A stretch of 64,000 nt of DNA from Eledone cirrhosa (GCA_964016885.1 OZ024741.1:46562001-46626000); one strand, 5' to 3'. Counted from the first letter of the stretch, positions 1 to 13,630 are shown. Program-made: numbers and translations. Notes: generated by a model not told the origin, from the letters alone.

Positions 1-1426
<1,426 letters not shown>

Positions 1427-1539
1427 GTATGTGTTTGTGTGTGTGTGTATGTATGTGTATGTATGTATGTGTGTGCATATGTATGTATATGTATGTATAG
1501 TATAGTTTATACCGAGAGACATACATACATGTATGTGTG

Positions 1540-1585
<46 letters not shown>

Positions 1586-1676
1586 TATACGCACGTGTGT
1601 ATGTGTAGATATATATATGTGTGTGTATGTGTATGCGTGTGTGTGTGTATATTTGTGTGTTTGTGTTTTTTCTTGT

Positions 1677-1758
<82 letters not shown>

Positions 1759-1810
1759 TATATAGAGAGAGAGAGATTACAATAATCAAAGTTCAGTTTA
1801 AATCATTTAT

Positions 1811-1860
1811 TTGCTTACAATTGTTTCCTCCAAACCGAGGTTTTGGATTCTTCAGAGCAA
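1811..1860 (-). ncRNA. Type I hammerhead ribozyme (family J)
   Basis: Minus strand reads ttgct-CTGAAGA-a-tccaaaacctcggtttgga-g-GAA-ACAATTGT-A-agcaa: stem I ttgct/agcaa, stem II tccaaa/tttgga, palindromic stem III ACAATTGT, GUA cleavage triplet. Confidence 0.85.
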
Positions 1861-2217
1861 CTATTTAGTGATCTATAACATACTTGACCTCCTTTTCAAC
1901 ACAAGAGACATATAAAAACACATGCACATATTGATCCACAGTGGGATGACATCCATCAAAATGATATAGCATGGTAATTTACATATAAAGGTTAAAGGAT
2001 AAAGATAAAAATAAAAATATAAATAAAAATGAAGCATTGGCAGTCTATGAAGATAAAGCAAGAGGAAAGTTTAGAGTAGTCAGTGTATGAAACAATCTCA
2101 CATGTAGCATGCACGCGTGTCTCATTTATACAGAATTAGAGTTCGTCAGAATGTTACTTGCAGGATCAGGCAGTTGAAGCAGGCAATCGATATTATTATG
2201 TGGGCTGAATTATTAAA

Positions 2218-2277
<60 letters not shown>

Positions 2278-2316
2278 ATATTAAACAAATGGAAACTATA
2301 TTTATAAAACCATATT

Positions 2317-2382
2317 TATTTCGTTATATATATTTCTGGGATATCATATTAAAAATATGGTATGCCTTCCTCAGACAAAATA
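2317..2382 (-). ncRNA. Type I hammerhead ribozyme (family K), mirror copy
   Basis: Reverse complement of 3316-3381. Confidence 0.75.
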
Positions 2383-3315
2383 CAATACATAAGCTGTTTT
2401 ATAAATAATTAGTGACATACCTTGTAATAATGCAACTTCCTTTTAAAAAGTTGATTTGGTAGTGAAATATATTGATATCTGAAATATATTGATATCTGTT
2501 GTCTACTCTATGCTTGATCGATGATCATGCAAGTGAGGCTGGAATGTTATTTTAGATGTTAATGTATATCTTATATGTTTTGTGTCTATATATATGTATA
2601 TATGTATGTAAATGTATGTAGGGTGGAATCTTTTCTAACGCATTGAAGTTTTTCATGAAATATAAGAATCAGTGCAGCGTATCACGTAGGTTCACATGTG
2701 CGTCTATATTTATCAACTTGAATTTGAGATAACCTTCTCTTTTCTCTTTTTTCACGAGAATGCATATATACTTATGTTTGAAGTTTTATCTCAGATTTTG
2801 CTTATAGACCTAAGAATTTTTAAACTGAGCATGTGGTCATTTTTTCACACATTATGGATATGTGTCTCATTCATGAATACTGATATTTACATTATAATAC
2901 CTAATTCATAAAAATTGATAATTCAAATGGATGAGACATAATATATTTTTAATATATTTTAAATATATCATCTTTCTTTTTCTCCTATACACTAATTTAA
3001 CTGTATCCCTTCCCTTAACCTCTCACATATACGATGATCATCTGTCAAAAAGCAGCCTACTATGTTTTTCACCATCAATGTATTTCTCTCTCTCCTTGTC
3101 TCTCTATCTCGCTCCGTTGTTTTTCTTTACATACATCTCTTCATCTTCTTCTTTTTTTTTTTTTTATTTACATACATCTCTTCATCTTCTTCTTCTCCTC
3201 TTCGTTTTCTTTCTATAACTATCATAACAGTTTCACTACCAAATCAACTTTTTAAAAGGAAGTTGCATTATTACAAGGTATGTCACTAATTATTTATAAA
3301 ACAGCTTATGTATTG

Positions 3316-3381
3316 TATTTTGTCTGAGGAAGGCATACCATATTTTTAATATGATATCCCAGAAATATATATAACGAAATA
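3316..3381 (+). ncRNA. Type I hammerhead ribozyme (family K)
   Basis: tattttgt-CTGAGGA-a-ggcataccatatttttaatatgatatcc-ca-GAA-ATATATAT-A-acgaaata: 8-bp stem I (one G-U), interrupted stem II (catatt/aatatg), palindromic stem III, AUA triplet. Confidence 0.75.
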
Positions 3382-3509
3382 AATATGGTTTTATAAATAT
3401 AGTTTCCATTTGTTTAATATCGTAAATCTACTCCAGAAACTGTTGAGTGCTTTTATATCAGTTATAAAATATTTACTCGTTGTAACCCAACAATCTTAAA
3501 TAAAACTTT

Positions 3510-3632
<123 letters not shown>

Positions 3633-4059
3633 GTATGCATATATATATGTGTGTGTAAGTGTTTATGTATGTGGTTGTGAGTATGTAAATATATTTTATT
3701 CTTTCCATTCTACAAAAACACTCTGGCCACCTGTGGCTTGTATGTTAACTTGACCACTCACCTCAGTCTGTGCCATGATTCGGTCTTGTTTATCTTCTAT
3801 TACCAACCCACCTAAAAACATTTCCCCCTACTATATATCTGTTGAATTACTATTCTTGGGGTTTTTATTTATTTATTTTTTTTTTTTATTTATTTATTTT
3901 TTTTTTTTAATTTATTCATTTATCTATTTATTCATTTATTTATTTATTTATTTATTTACTTATTTATTTATTTCAAAAAAGCACTCTGGCTAATTGACCA
4001 CTCCCCAAAGAAAAAACGGCCTATGCTATGTTGTGGTCCTGTGTATCTAAATACCATCC

Positions 4060-4299
4060 TACCCCAAAAAATTACCCCCCTCCCCCCTGCCACCACCCCT
4101 CCCTTACCACTACCTAAATGTATAAATACCACAACTTAATATGACACCCAGTTTCCTAAAGATTTCATCTGAATGAAACAGTACTAGTCCTGTAGAAGCT
4201 CCTTCTATACAATAAAAAAATGTTTTACTCTGCCATGTATTGAGTACCTTACTTACTGTGGTTATCCCCGACTCAACCCGGGACCTACGTATATATATG

Positions 4300-4374
<75 letters not shown>

Positions 4375-4440
4375 TTAATATAGAAGAGGTTCTACAGGAC
4401 TAGAACTGTTTCATTCGTGAGAAATTATCAGGGAGCTGGA
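4060..4440. mobile_element. Two inverted family A pLTR-like copies around a (TA)n tract, with decayed HHRs (4150-4200 +, 4387-4437 -)
   Basis: Both match agcttc-CTGATGA-tttctcacgaat-GAAAcagttctagtcctgTA-gaagct, but the cores are mutated (CTAAAGA; CTGATAA). The tail 4200-4290 is homologous to the reverse complement of 13899-13977. Confidence 0.7.
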
Positions 4441-4441
4441 T

Positions 4442-4495
<54 letters not shown>

Positions 4496-4498
<3 letters not shown>

Positions 4499-5739
4499 CT
4501 GAGCTTGTTCTCACCCTTAATGGATTTTCTTTTTCGAGTGAATTTTACCAGCAAGTCTCTGGGGTAGCGATGGGGACCAGAATGGGTCCAAACTATGCCA
4601 ACTTGTTTGTTGGCTACGTCGAAGCTCTGATCTTCTCCCAGTACGCTGGACCGACTCCTGAGCTATACGGTCGTTATATCGACGACTGTATCGACGCCAC
4701 CTCTCTATCACGAGAACAGCTCGACTGTTTTCTTTCTTTTGTCCAATCTTTCCATCCCGCTCTCACCTTCACCGCCTCCGTCTCCGATTCTTCTGTCTCT
4801 TTTCTCGATATCTCTCTATCTATTAATCTCTCTCGCCACACCCTCTCTACTTCCAACTACATTAAACCAACAGACTCCTAATCTTATCTCGACTTCACCT
4901 CCTCCCATCCAACCCACATCAAACACTCCATACCCTATTCCCAATTCCTCCGTCTTCGTCCACTCTGTAGCCAGGACGACGATTTCGAAACCCATTCCCT
5001 TCGCATGGCTTCCTGCTTCATCCAGCGTGGATATCCCCCCACCTTGATCCAAGCTGCACTCACCCGCGCCCGTGAAACAGACCGCACCACAGCCCTCTCA
5101 CCTCACCCACGCCCTCCCAACACCTGTGTTCCTTTCCCTTTCGCCTACCACCCCATGACCCTACCATTCCGGCGACATATCCTCCGTTCCTTCCGTATCC
5201 TCTCTTCTGACCCCGTCACTTCTCGCTTTTTTCCAAACCCATTCATTACTGCTTTTAAGCGCGCCCGAAACCTCCGCGACCTCCTGGTTCGCAGTTCTTT
5301 TTCGTCCTCTCCCACGACTCCACCCGGCTCTCATCCTTGTTCCCGTTCCCGCTGCAACACTTGTCCCTTTATTTCCTCCCTCACTACTCTTACAAACCCT
5401 AACGAGTCTTTCCGTATCCGCCATTCCTTCACCTGCACATCCACCCACGTATTCTATGCTGTCCGGTGTTCCCTTTGCGGGTCTTTATATATCAGACAAC
5501 CGGGACGCCGTATGGCGGACCGTTTTGTCGAACATTTGAGGGACATACGACTCGGTTTGGATACTCCTGTCGCCCGTCATTTCTGTTCTCCTCGTCATTC
5601 TTCCCAACATGTTTCAGTCCTGGGTGTCCTTTTACATCATGGATCACAGGCCTCGCGCACCAGGACTGAACAAAGTCTGATTCACCGTCTTGGATCCTAT
5701 TCCCCTCTTGTACTCAACTCACTTCCCCAATTACTCTAA
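4496..5739 (+). pseudogene. Penelope-like reverse transcriptase C-half + Cys-rich linker + GIY-YIG endonuclease; one in-frame stop at 4879-4881
   Basis: RT motifs YQQVSGVAMGTRMGPNYANLF, RYIDD, FLDI, KPTDS*SYLDFTSSHP..SIPYSQFLRLR; then CSRSRCNTC, FTCTSTHVFYAVRCSLCGSLYIRQ (decayed YIG), RFVEH, PVARHF. ORFs 4417-4881 and 5005-5739 share one frame. Confidence 0.92.
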
Positions 5740-6173
5740 TACCCCGTCCATTATCACACCCTTGATTCCTATCGCTTTCTCTTGATCATTAGCAGCTTCT
5801 CTTACTACGAATACATGCCGATAAACACCCTTATATTAACATACTTTTGCTCATAGCTTCGTACTTACATGCACACACACACTCTTTTACTCACATATAC
5901 ACACACATTTCTTATTAGCTTCGTACGGACCTATAAGACACACACACACACACTAACTCATGATTACGCACGTGCTCAAGTATAGCTCTTTTTTTTCCAT
6001 TTCAGGTAGACGCATGACATTATCCACTTTTCTAAAAAATAAATCATACACAAAACGCCAGCACCACCAGTTTTGCAAGAGATGTCAACATGAATGGACC
6101 TGTTATTTTTATCTAAAGACATTTTTTCAATTCCATCCCGCCCGTCTCCTCAATCTATTTTATTTCTCATTCT

Positions 6174-6211
6174 TTCTTCTGATGAAGGACTAGCGTCCGA
6201 AACTTTAAGAA
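6174..6211 (+). ncRNA. Minimal type I hammerhead of the Penelope pLTR (family B)
   Basis: ttctt-CTGATGA-a-ggac-tagc-gtcc-GAAAC-ttt-aagaa. The sister copy at 31658 has AACGTT (palindromic stem III), so this copy probably carries a G>T change. Confidence 0.8.
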
Positions 6212-6296
6212 CCCCTCTTCCTGCTATATCAAACGTTAACCTAATATATACTTTCCATATACTGTACCGATTGTGTTGTTATTTCTGTTTACCTTT

Positions 6297-6327
<31 letters not shown>

Positions 6328-6364
6328 GTGCGTGTGTATATATACATATATACATATACATATG

Positions 6365-6535
<171 letters not shown>

Positions 6536-6537
6536 AT

Positions 6538-6779
6538 TGTAACGTTCAGTTACTGTAGGTTCACCAAAGTGAGCTCTTGATGTGTAGCTTCCAGTAAGTA
6601 TAGAGGTGTAGTACTAAGCAGGATGTAATACTAATAATAAAAATGACGTTTAGTTAGGTCTTTATTACGTTTATAGAATAGTGACGCGCGTTTCCCTATT
6701 ATTCAGCTCAAGTTTCGATCCGTATCGATCTGGCCCGACTCTAGAATCAAAAGCTCGTCTTAATTCTGATATGGTTACA
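6538..6779. mobile_element. Possible solo LTR (242 bp)
   Basis: Begins TGTAAC and ends GTTACA, with AATAAA-like motifs inside, between TA tracts. No target-site duplication seen. Confidence 0.35.
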
Positions 6780-6782
6780 TAT

Positions 6783-6869
<87 letters not shown>

Positions 6870-6870
<1 letters not shown>

Positions 6871-6930
6871 ATAGAGCGCCCGTGATGTTTGCTCTAATCT
6901 GATTAGAGCAAACATCACGGGCGCTCTATC
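6870..6930. repeat. Perfect 30-bp hairpin with 1-nt loop
   Basis: gatagagcgcccgtgatgtttgctctaatc-t-gattagagcaaacatcacgggcgctctatc, directly after (TA)n. Confidence 0.95.
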
Positions 6931-7120
6931 TCAAAATAATTTTTGAAAAGCATTAGAAATGCGCAACCGGTAAAACTTAAAACCAAAACTGAATACTAAC
7001 CAATACTATTACTAATTTTTACTTATTCCTAATTAAACTATTTTTCACTGGGAACAATTTGTCAGCATTTTCTTTTCCGTTTACCAATATATCATAACTC
7101 GTGTGTTACACCTCTATTTT

Positions 7121-7175
<55 letters not shown>

Positions 7176-7438
7176 GGAAAAAATGAAACGAAATTTCATT
7201 TCTCACTCTTAGTACGGCTGTTACTTAAATATAAGTATGTATACGTACATACATATATGTATACAGACGTACAGTAGTATGTATATATATATACATACAT
7301 GCACACATCTATATATGTACGTATGGATTCACCGAACATTTATTATAATGCTCGGTGTGTTTGTAAACAAACATCCCGTATTAAGCCGTACAGTGTCTAG
7401 CAACCATCGTTGCTCGTTTGTTCAACACTGACAAAGGA

Positions 7439-7481
7439 ACGCTGTACTAGTTTCAAGCTTATTAGCTATCGTCAGCAACGT
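7439..7481 (-). ncRNA. Type I hammerhead ribozyme (family C)
   Basis: Minus strand acgttg-CTGACGA-t-agct-aata-agct-t-GAA-ACTAGT-A-cagcgt. Confidence 0.85.
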
Positions 7482-7608
7482 ATACCTTCCTGCCAGATGA
7501 TTGAACGTCTGAAAGTATATACTTTCCTTATGCATATTAACGGCTGAGCAGCCTAATTTGCATATCGAGTGAGTTAATCGGCCGGGAGCACCGTTGCGCT
7601 GGGTGCAT

Positions 7609-7649
7609 CGTTGCTGACGATAGCTAATAAGCTTGAAACTAGTACAGCG
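7609..7649 (+). ncRNA. Type I hammerhead ribozyme (family C)
   Basis: cgttg-CTGACGA-t-agct-aata-agct-t-GAA-ACTAGT-A-cagcg. Confidence 0.85.
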
Positions 7650-8074
7650 TTCCTTTGTCAGTGTTGAACAAATGAGCAACGATGGTTGCTACACACTTTA
7701 CGGCTTAATTCGGGATGTTTGTTTACAAACACACCGGGCATTATAATAAATGTTCGGTGAATGCATACGTACATATATATATGTGTGCATGTATGTATAT
7801 ATATATACATACTACTGTACGTCTGTATACATATATGTATGTACGTGTACATACTTATATTTAAGTAACAGCCCTACTAAGAGTGAGAAATGAAATTTCG
7901 TTTCATTTTTTCCGTTTATCGTTTTCGGTACGCTCGGCCGATTAACTACTCGATATGCAAATTAGGCTACTCATATATCACTCCCAGTGGCTTAACCGCG
8001 CGATCTGGTGTCCAGCCAGAATATTTCTATGTCCCCGCGCATATACATACACATATACATATATATGTAAATGT

Positions 8075-8295
8075 CGACAGTCGATCGACTTTCGTCAAAT
8101 CGGACCGAGGAAACAATGTTCCGTCGGTCTTTCCAGTTGCTAATACTATCTATCGGTCGCAACTCCAGGTAGAAGGAACAACGTGAAATAAAGTGTCTTG
8201 CTCAAGGACATAACGCATCGCCTGGTCCAGAAATTGAACTCACAACCTCAAGATTGTGAATTCAATTCTCTAACCACTCAGCCACACGCCTTCAC
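8075..8295 (-). mobile_element. tRNA-derived SINE (family with cgttgtgtccttgagcaagacactt core)
   Basis: Minus strand has A-box-like tggctgagtggttag, B-box-like gagttcaatt and the tgtccttgagcaagacact core. Homologous to 10190-10360 and 54020-54152. Confidence 0.7.
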
Positions 8296-8314
8296 ATGTG
8301 TATATTTACACACT

Positions 8315-8495
8315 TTTGGATGGCCGTTATGAGTTCTTCCACCCTTTTGTCAGGTTTTGTTTTTTGTCCTGCGGGGGTGTCCAAAATCACCCTCCTCACC
8401 AAGTAAACTTGGTGGGGTTGCCGGTTTAGTCGCCGACGACCCGACAGGTTGTACTGGGTTACATGTTACCAGTAGCACTCAAGAGTGACCCGACA
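8315..8495 (-). mobile_element. Fragment of the RTE-5'UTR-like repeat also found at 26300 and 51611
   Basis: Reverse-complement similarity to 26300-26495. Confidence 0.65.
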
Positions 8496-8879
8496 CATAC
8501 ATACATACATGATGGTTACTGCAACTCAATTCCGAGTAATGCCATCGCTTGATACTTAAGCATGGGCGCCATAGACGTGGCTTTTTAGTCCTGCTAGGAA
8601 TTTGCCTATGGCCAGCAATACCATGCATCGCAAAAAAATGTCAAATATCGACCGATGCCTGGGTTTGAAGTTCTCCTGTCTTCATGCGTACTTTTCTTGA
8701 TAAATTAGGGTTAAGCAATCTCAGGTTTAACTTTTTAGTTTGACATCTAGCTTAGATATTTCAGGATAGTCTTCATTAAACCAATATTCTGACACCCAAA
8801 ATATCATCAGAGCTGATAACTAAACCATTTTTTATTGAAATCTGCTCATGTACTGTCATGAAGTGAATTTACAAGAGCT

Positions 8880-9425
8880 TGGCGAAAAGTTGCCGCTATT
8901 CCCATGACACGGGGTTTAGCAACATTTGAACGTATTGGAGCTTTTTAGTTATTTGTGGTGAAGTTCTATCTAACAACCAGCTTCAGCTTTGCTTGTACAA
9001 AATAGTGACCCGTCGAACACGTAGCTTCAGGAAACACGTTAACACTACAAAGAACATAAATGTCACGTTTGCGCAGGATGACGAAAGTCAATGAAATCTT
9101 CTTGTTGATCTTGGATGCGTCCACTCGACCTTGTGCTTCAGTTTTTGAGAAAACACTGTGTTCCTTAACACTGGGCCCAATTTAGAGCACAACTATAACA
9201 GTCGAAGTCCATTATTGTTCCCTTTTCCAATAGGAAAGCATCCAAAGGTACACAACATGTTACAATCACAACTGACATTAAAGTCGCCAGCGAAAATGAT
9301 TTTGTCATTAATCGGATTAGAGAGAAGAGAGTCACATGACGCCCGCAGTAATCGACGTTTGGTAACCCTGTCGCTCATCTTGACTGTAACACCTAGTTTA
9401 TTAGTCATATATACACGTAGTTTCT
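8880..9425 (-). pseudogene. Decayed apurinic endonuclease domain of an RTE-like LINE
   Basis: DKIIFAGDFN..GKGNNNGLRLL, then WTHPRS..IDFVILRKRD..STGHYFVQAKL across stops and frameshifts. Confidence 0.75.
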
Positions 9426-10189
9426 ATATTTCTCTGTAGCCACTACAGCCGCATTACGTAGTTGGTGTAGTACTGGCACATAACCAGTATAACTATTAGA
9501 AACTACCTTCGACCCATCCCCCTTACAAACCTGACCTGGCATAAAGATATACACCGACGCTAACCTCACGTTCAACCACGAGAAACTCCAACAAGCAACT
9601 ATAGGAAAATACGGCTATAGGATACAACTGAATATAAACCGAAAATGGAAACCATAATAATAGCTTGAAGTAATTACAGCATGAAACAGTAAACCTGACT
9701 TGATTCTGCACATCAACTAACAAACAAACAAAGGCAAAAAATACGGAAATATCAGCTTAGCCAAGTCCTACATGTGCCTACTATCCAACGAAGAATCCTA
9801 CATGCTATCAATTAAACGATACTAAGTTTACCACATGTGTCTCCACATGGATGTGGCCAAAGTTAAGGCAACTAAAAAAAACACTGTCAGCTTCCATCCC
9901 TAACATCAATGCATTTACCTTTACATCCCTACCCCTTAATTAGCATTCTAACCACAGTCCATCCCCCATGTTATGCCACGCTGAACAAGTAATACTCATA
10001 GCAGTAGTCACCTATGTCCTTTAGCAGAACTTTAACCCCCTAACTCCAATCCCGAACCCCAAGCTTAACCTTAACACCCATAAAACAACCCCTGACTTAT
10101 AAATAAACCATGAAATATGCACAAATAAACCATGAAATATTCTGAACACTCACAACTGACAAAACTAAAGATAAATTTAAAAAAAAAGG

Positions 10190-10360
10190 AACGATCGACT
10201 TTCGTCAAATCGGACCGAGGAAACAATGCTTCCATTGGTCTTTCCAATTGCTAATACTACCTATCGGTCGCAACTCCAGGTAGAAGGAGCAACATGAAAT
10301 AAAGTGTCCTGCTCAAGGACATAACGCATCGCTCGGTCCGGGAATCGAACTCACAATCGC
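10190..10360 (-). mobile_element. tRNA-derived SINE, same family as 8075-8295
   Basis: Direct similarity to 8082-8245; B-box gagttcgattcc on the minus strand. Confidence 0.7.
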
Positions 10361-10429
10361 TGAAGCATTAATTACCATTCCCCAATAGGAGACCCCTTTC
10401 ACTACTTCATCGTCCCTGATACATCTAAC

Positions 10430-10692
10430 TTACCTTCCTTACCTAACCCTAACCATACTCCAACACTATACTCAATGCCTAACCTATAACCCTATCCCCT
10501 AACTCTAGACCTCAGCTCCAACTCTGAACCCCAACCTCTAACCTTAACCCCGAACCCTAACCTCTAGATTTATCCCCTAACCTTTACCCCTAACCCTTAT
10601 CCCTACCCCAAATTCTAACCCTAACCTTAACCTCTAACTCTAAACTAAAACCTTAGCCATTAACTCTAACCCCTAACCTTAACCCCTAACAC
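10430..10692. repeat. Degenerate telomere-like (CCCTAA/CCTTAA/CTCTAA)n tract
   Basis: Many cctaaccct, ccttaaccc and ctctaac hexamer variants. Confidence 0.7.
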
Positions 10693-10891
10693 TTACATCC
10701 TGTTTACATCTTAATAACCTTGTGTGCATCTTGTTTACATCTAGAGTACATCTTGTTTATATTTCGTGTACATCTTGTTTATATCTAGTTTATCTCTTGT
10801 TTATTATCTTCTTTACATCTAGTTTAAAGCTTATTATGTTTCTTACATCCTGTTTACAGCTTGTTTACATGCTGGTGATATCATGTTTATA

Positions 10892-10895
<4 letters not shown>
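10693..10895. repeat. Degenerate ~11-bp minisatellite (cttgtttacat)
   Basis: Repeated tgtttacatct / tgtttatatct units. Confidence 0.7.
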
Positions 10896-10934
<39 letters not shown>

Positions 10935-10940
10935 CACACG

Positions 10941-11059
<119 letters not shown>

Positions 11060-11397
11060 TTGTGTATATATATATATATCCGGTTAGTATCTTATAATAT
11101 ACCATATTTACATCTTAAATATATATATCATGTATATAATATCATGTTTATATATTTTATAACTTGTTTATATCATGCTCCTCTCTTGTTTACCTTCTGT
11201 TTCCCTATACTTTAAAAATAAATATCAAATAAACCCAGTTTGACATAAGCATTTTTTTCTATTGGAAAATTTTTAGCTACGCTAGTAATATCGTAGTAAT
11301 AATTCAGTGCCAAGAAGACGATAGCTATGTCCAATTCCCCCTTATTGGTTATCGTTGAGCCTGAGGTAATGGTAGAAAGAAACTAAAGAAGAATAGA

Positions 11398-11723
11398 AGT
11401 ACACGAATGCTTCACTTCTCGAACAAATTGGTTTACGAGAACAAAGTTTCCGAACATAAAACGTCTCGGGTGATGATCAGTATCTCGAGTAACGAACACG
11501 TAACGGCTGCGGACAATCTGGGAGTATCGGCAGGGAAGCGTCACTTGCAGTGTAGTTAGTTACTATGGTAATATTTATCTGTCTTTCACACACAGTCTTT
11601 CTCTCTTTCTCTCTCTCTCTCTTAACATTTCGATGAAAAATATAGCTTCGGTTTACGAACATTTCGGGTGACGAACAACCTTCAAGAACGAATTAAGTTT
11701 GTGAACTTAATTTGTTCCACTGT
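11398..11723. mobile_element. Tc1/mariner (Tigger-like) non-autonomous fragment
   Basis: Ends ...ttccactg-TA and carries repeated ttacgaac/cgaac subterminal motifs typical of Tigger-derived MITEs. Left TIR not found. Confidence 0.45.
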
Positions 11724-12336
11724 ATAGTGGAAATCTTTATATATGAAGGCTGAAATTGATCTTCGCCATCAAAACAAAATAAGCAACTTCGACATTAAAC
11801 CCGTCACCAACATATAGATAATGCCAAACTATAATAATACTCTTTGGAAAAAAATAAAGATGTAATGGAAAATTTTAATCTAGTAAATATCTTTCTAAAA
11901 ATCAATTGATACCGTGCCCATACAACTTATTACATTTCAAAACAAATATAATATAAAGAAGGTGGGGAATAAGATATAGATATATACGTTGTTCTATGAA
12001 AATTACAACAAAGTAACTAAGTTTTTATGGGAAATTTACATTGAAATGATCAGCCTCCTATACTACATCTAATATAAATTTCTGTCTTTAGAAAAGAACG
12101 TATTCAATACATATAGAGCCACACATAGGGTGGACAAAGTTTGTAGCGGTTTTTTTTCTTTACCTTACATCAACTCTAGATCAACAACTCTGATTATAAA
12201 CTAATATCATAAAAGGATATGTCCAGCGACAGGTGATGTCTGAACAAAGGGTTTGTTTTACACATGCGCACACATACACAGAAACACACACGTATCTTTG
12301 CTTAAACTTTAATCTGTTATTTTAATAAATAAATAA

Positions 12337-12441
<105 letters not shown>

Positions 12442-12442
12442 C

Positions 12443-12512
<70 letters not shown>

Positions 12513-12529
12513 AAAAGTTAGGCGGAAAT

Positions 12530-12681
12530 ATCCAAGGGTAAGAGCACTCAGTCCACAGGAAAGTACAATCAACCCTAGGCGGTTATCTTTGTTTTTATTT
12601 TTCTCATGACAGGCTAAATGAATTGGGGCCCACAACCCAACGACACTTGGATACCTGTTTATGTCACTGTTGTAATTATTT
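12530..12681 (+). mobile_element. Decayed family D pLTR copy with mutated HHR (12609-12658)
   Basis: Reverse-complement homology to 24767-24895. Core mutated to CTAAATGA/GACAC, but stem I acagg/cctgt is retained. Confidence 0.7.
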
Positions 12682-13410
12682 ATATATATATATATATATA
12701 TATTATTTTTTTTTCCCTTTTCCCTTCTATTTTCCTTCCCTCCCTCCTCCGTTTTCTAGTTATTGAACGCCCTGGGGGTAGATATAAAATTGTCTTTAAA
12801 GCGTTCTTTCTTTCTTCTTATTCTTATTCTTATTTTTAAGAATAAGCTTAAACATATATGTGGGAGGGTGGGGCGTCTGTCTCTGTGTGTGTGTGTATTT
12901 ATGCATACTTATATGTATATATGTATATGTGTGTGTGTGTGTTTACGTATCTATCCACTTTGAGATTCTAATGTAAATCTTTTTTTATTTTTTCATATAT
13001 TTAATACTTTTTTCCTGGAACCTTTGCTCTATTGTTCAGATATAACTCAGCTTAATTATAATTTCAGCAAAATATTCATAAACTATCGTAGACATTTCCA
13101 TCAAAAATGACAACCATTAATTAATTATATATTCTTTAAATGATTTTCTTTATAATTACAACATTAATATTTCGACTTTAGCTGATTTTCTCTAATTTGC
13201 GTCAAATATATAACATAATTTTCTTCAATGATACAAAAATTATCATTTTAGAAAAAATTCAATTAAAATCTATGAAACCACTGACAACTAATTACATTTA
13301 AGTTGTCACATAAGAGTCTGGAATTCATCAAGATATATATATACATGTATGTGACGAGTGTGAGTCAAATAAATATAGTAATAATATATATATATATGTG
13401 TGTGTGTGTG

Positions 13411-13506
<96 letters not shown>

Positions 13507-13630
13507 ATAAATATATACATTTTATTTCGATAATTTATTTATATATATATGTATATTTAATTTAGATAACTATAGATGAATATATATATATTTCATTTCC
13601 ATATTTGTCTCCCAGTCGTTGTATACATGT

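Larger units (their letters stand above)
2276..3422. mobile_element. Fold-back element with 192-bp inverted arms (2276-2467 / 3231-3422), each carrying a hammerhead; probably inverted Penelope-like pLTRs
   Basis: Arms are reverse complements with no mismatch seen. The left end abuts a (TA)n tract. An HHR fold lies within each arm. Confidence 0.75.
4496..6303 (+). mobile_element. 5'-truncated Penelope-like retroelement (Neptune-like) with 3' UTR/pLTR, flanked by (TA)n
   Basis: RT plus GIY-YIG coding region, followed by a C-rich UTR and an HHR-bearing terminal repeat. Confidence 0.9.
7170..7975. mobile_element. Head-to-head inverted pair of ~430-bp HHR-bearing units (family C, diverged relative of the 466-bp array)
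   Basis: 7170-7480 and 7609-7920 are reverse complements with a few mismatches. Colinear with the 466-bp unit at 26.9-30.7 kb. The right arm runs through the unit junction (7920-7975). Confidence 0.85.
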
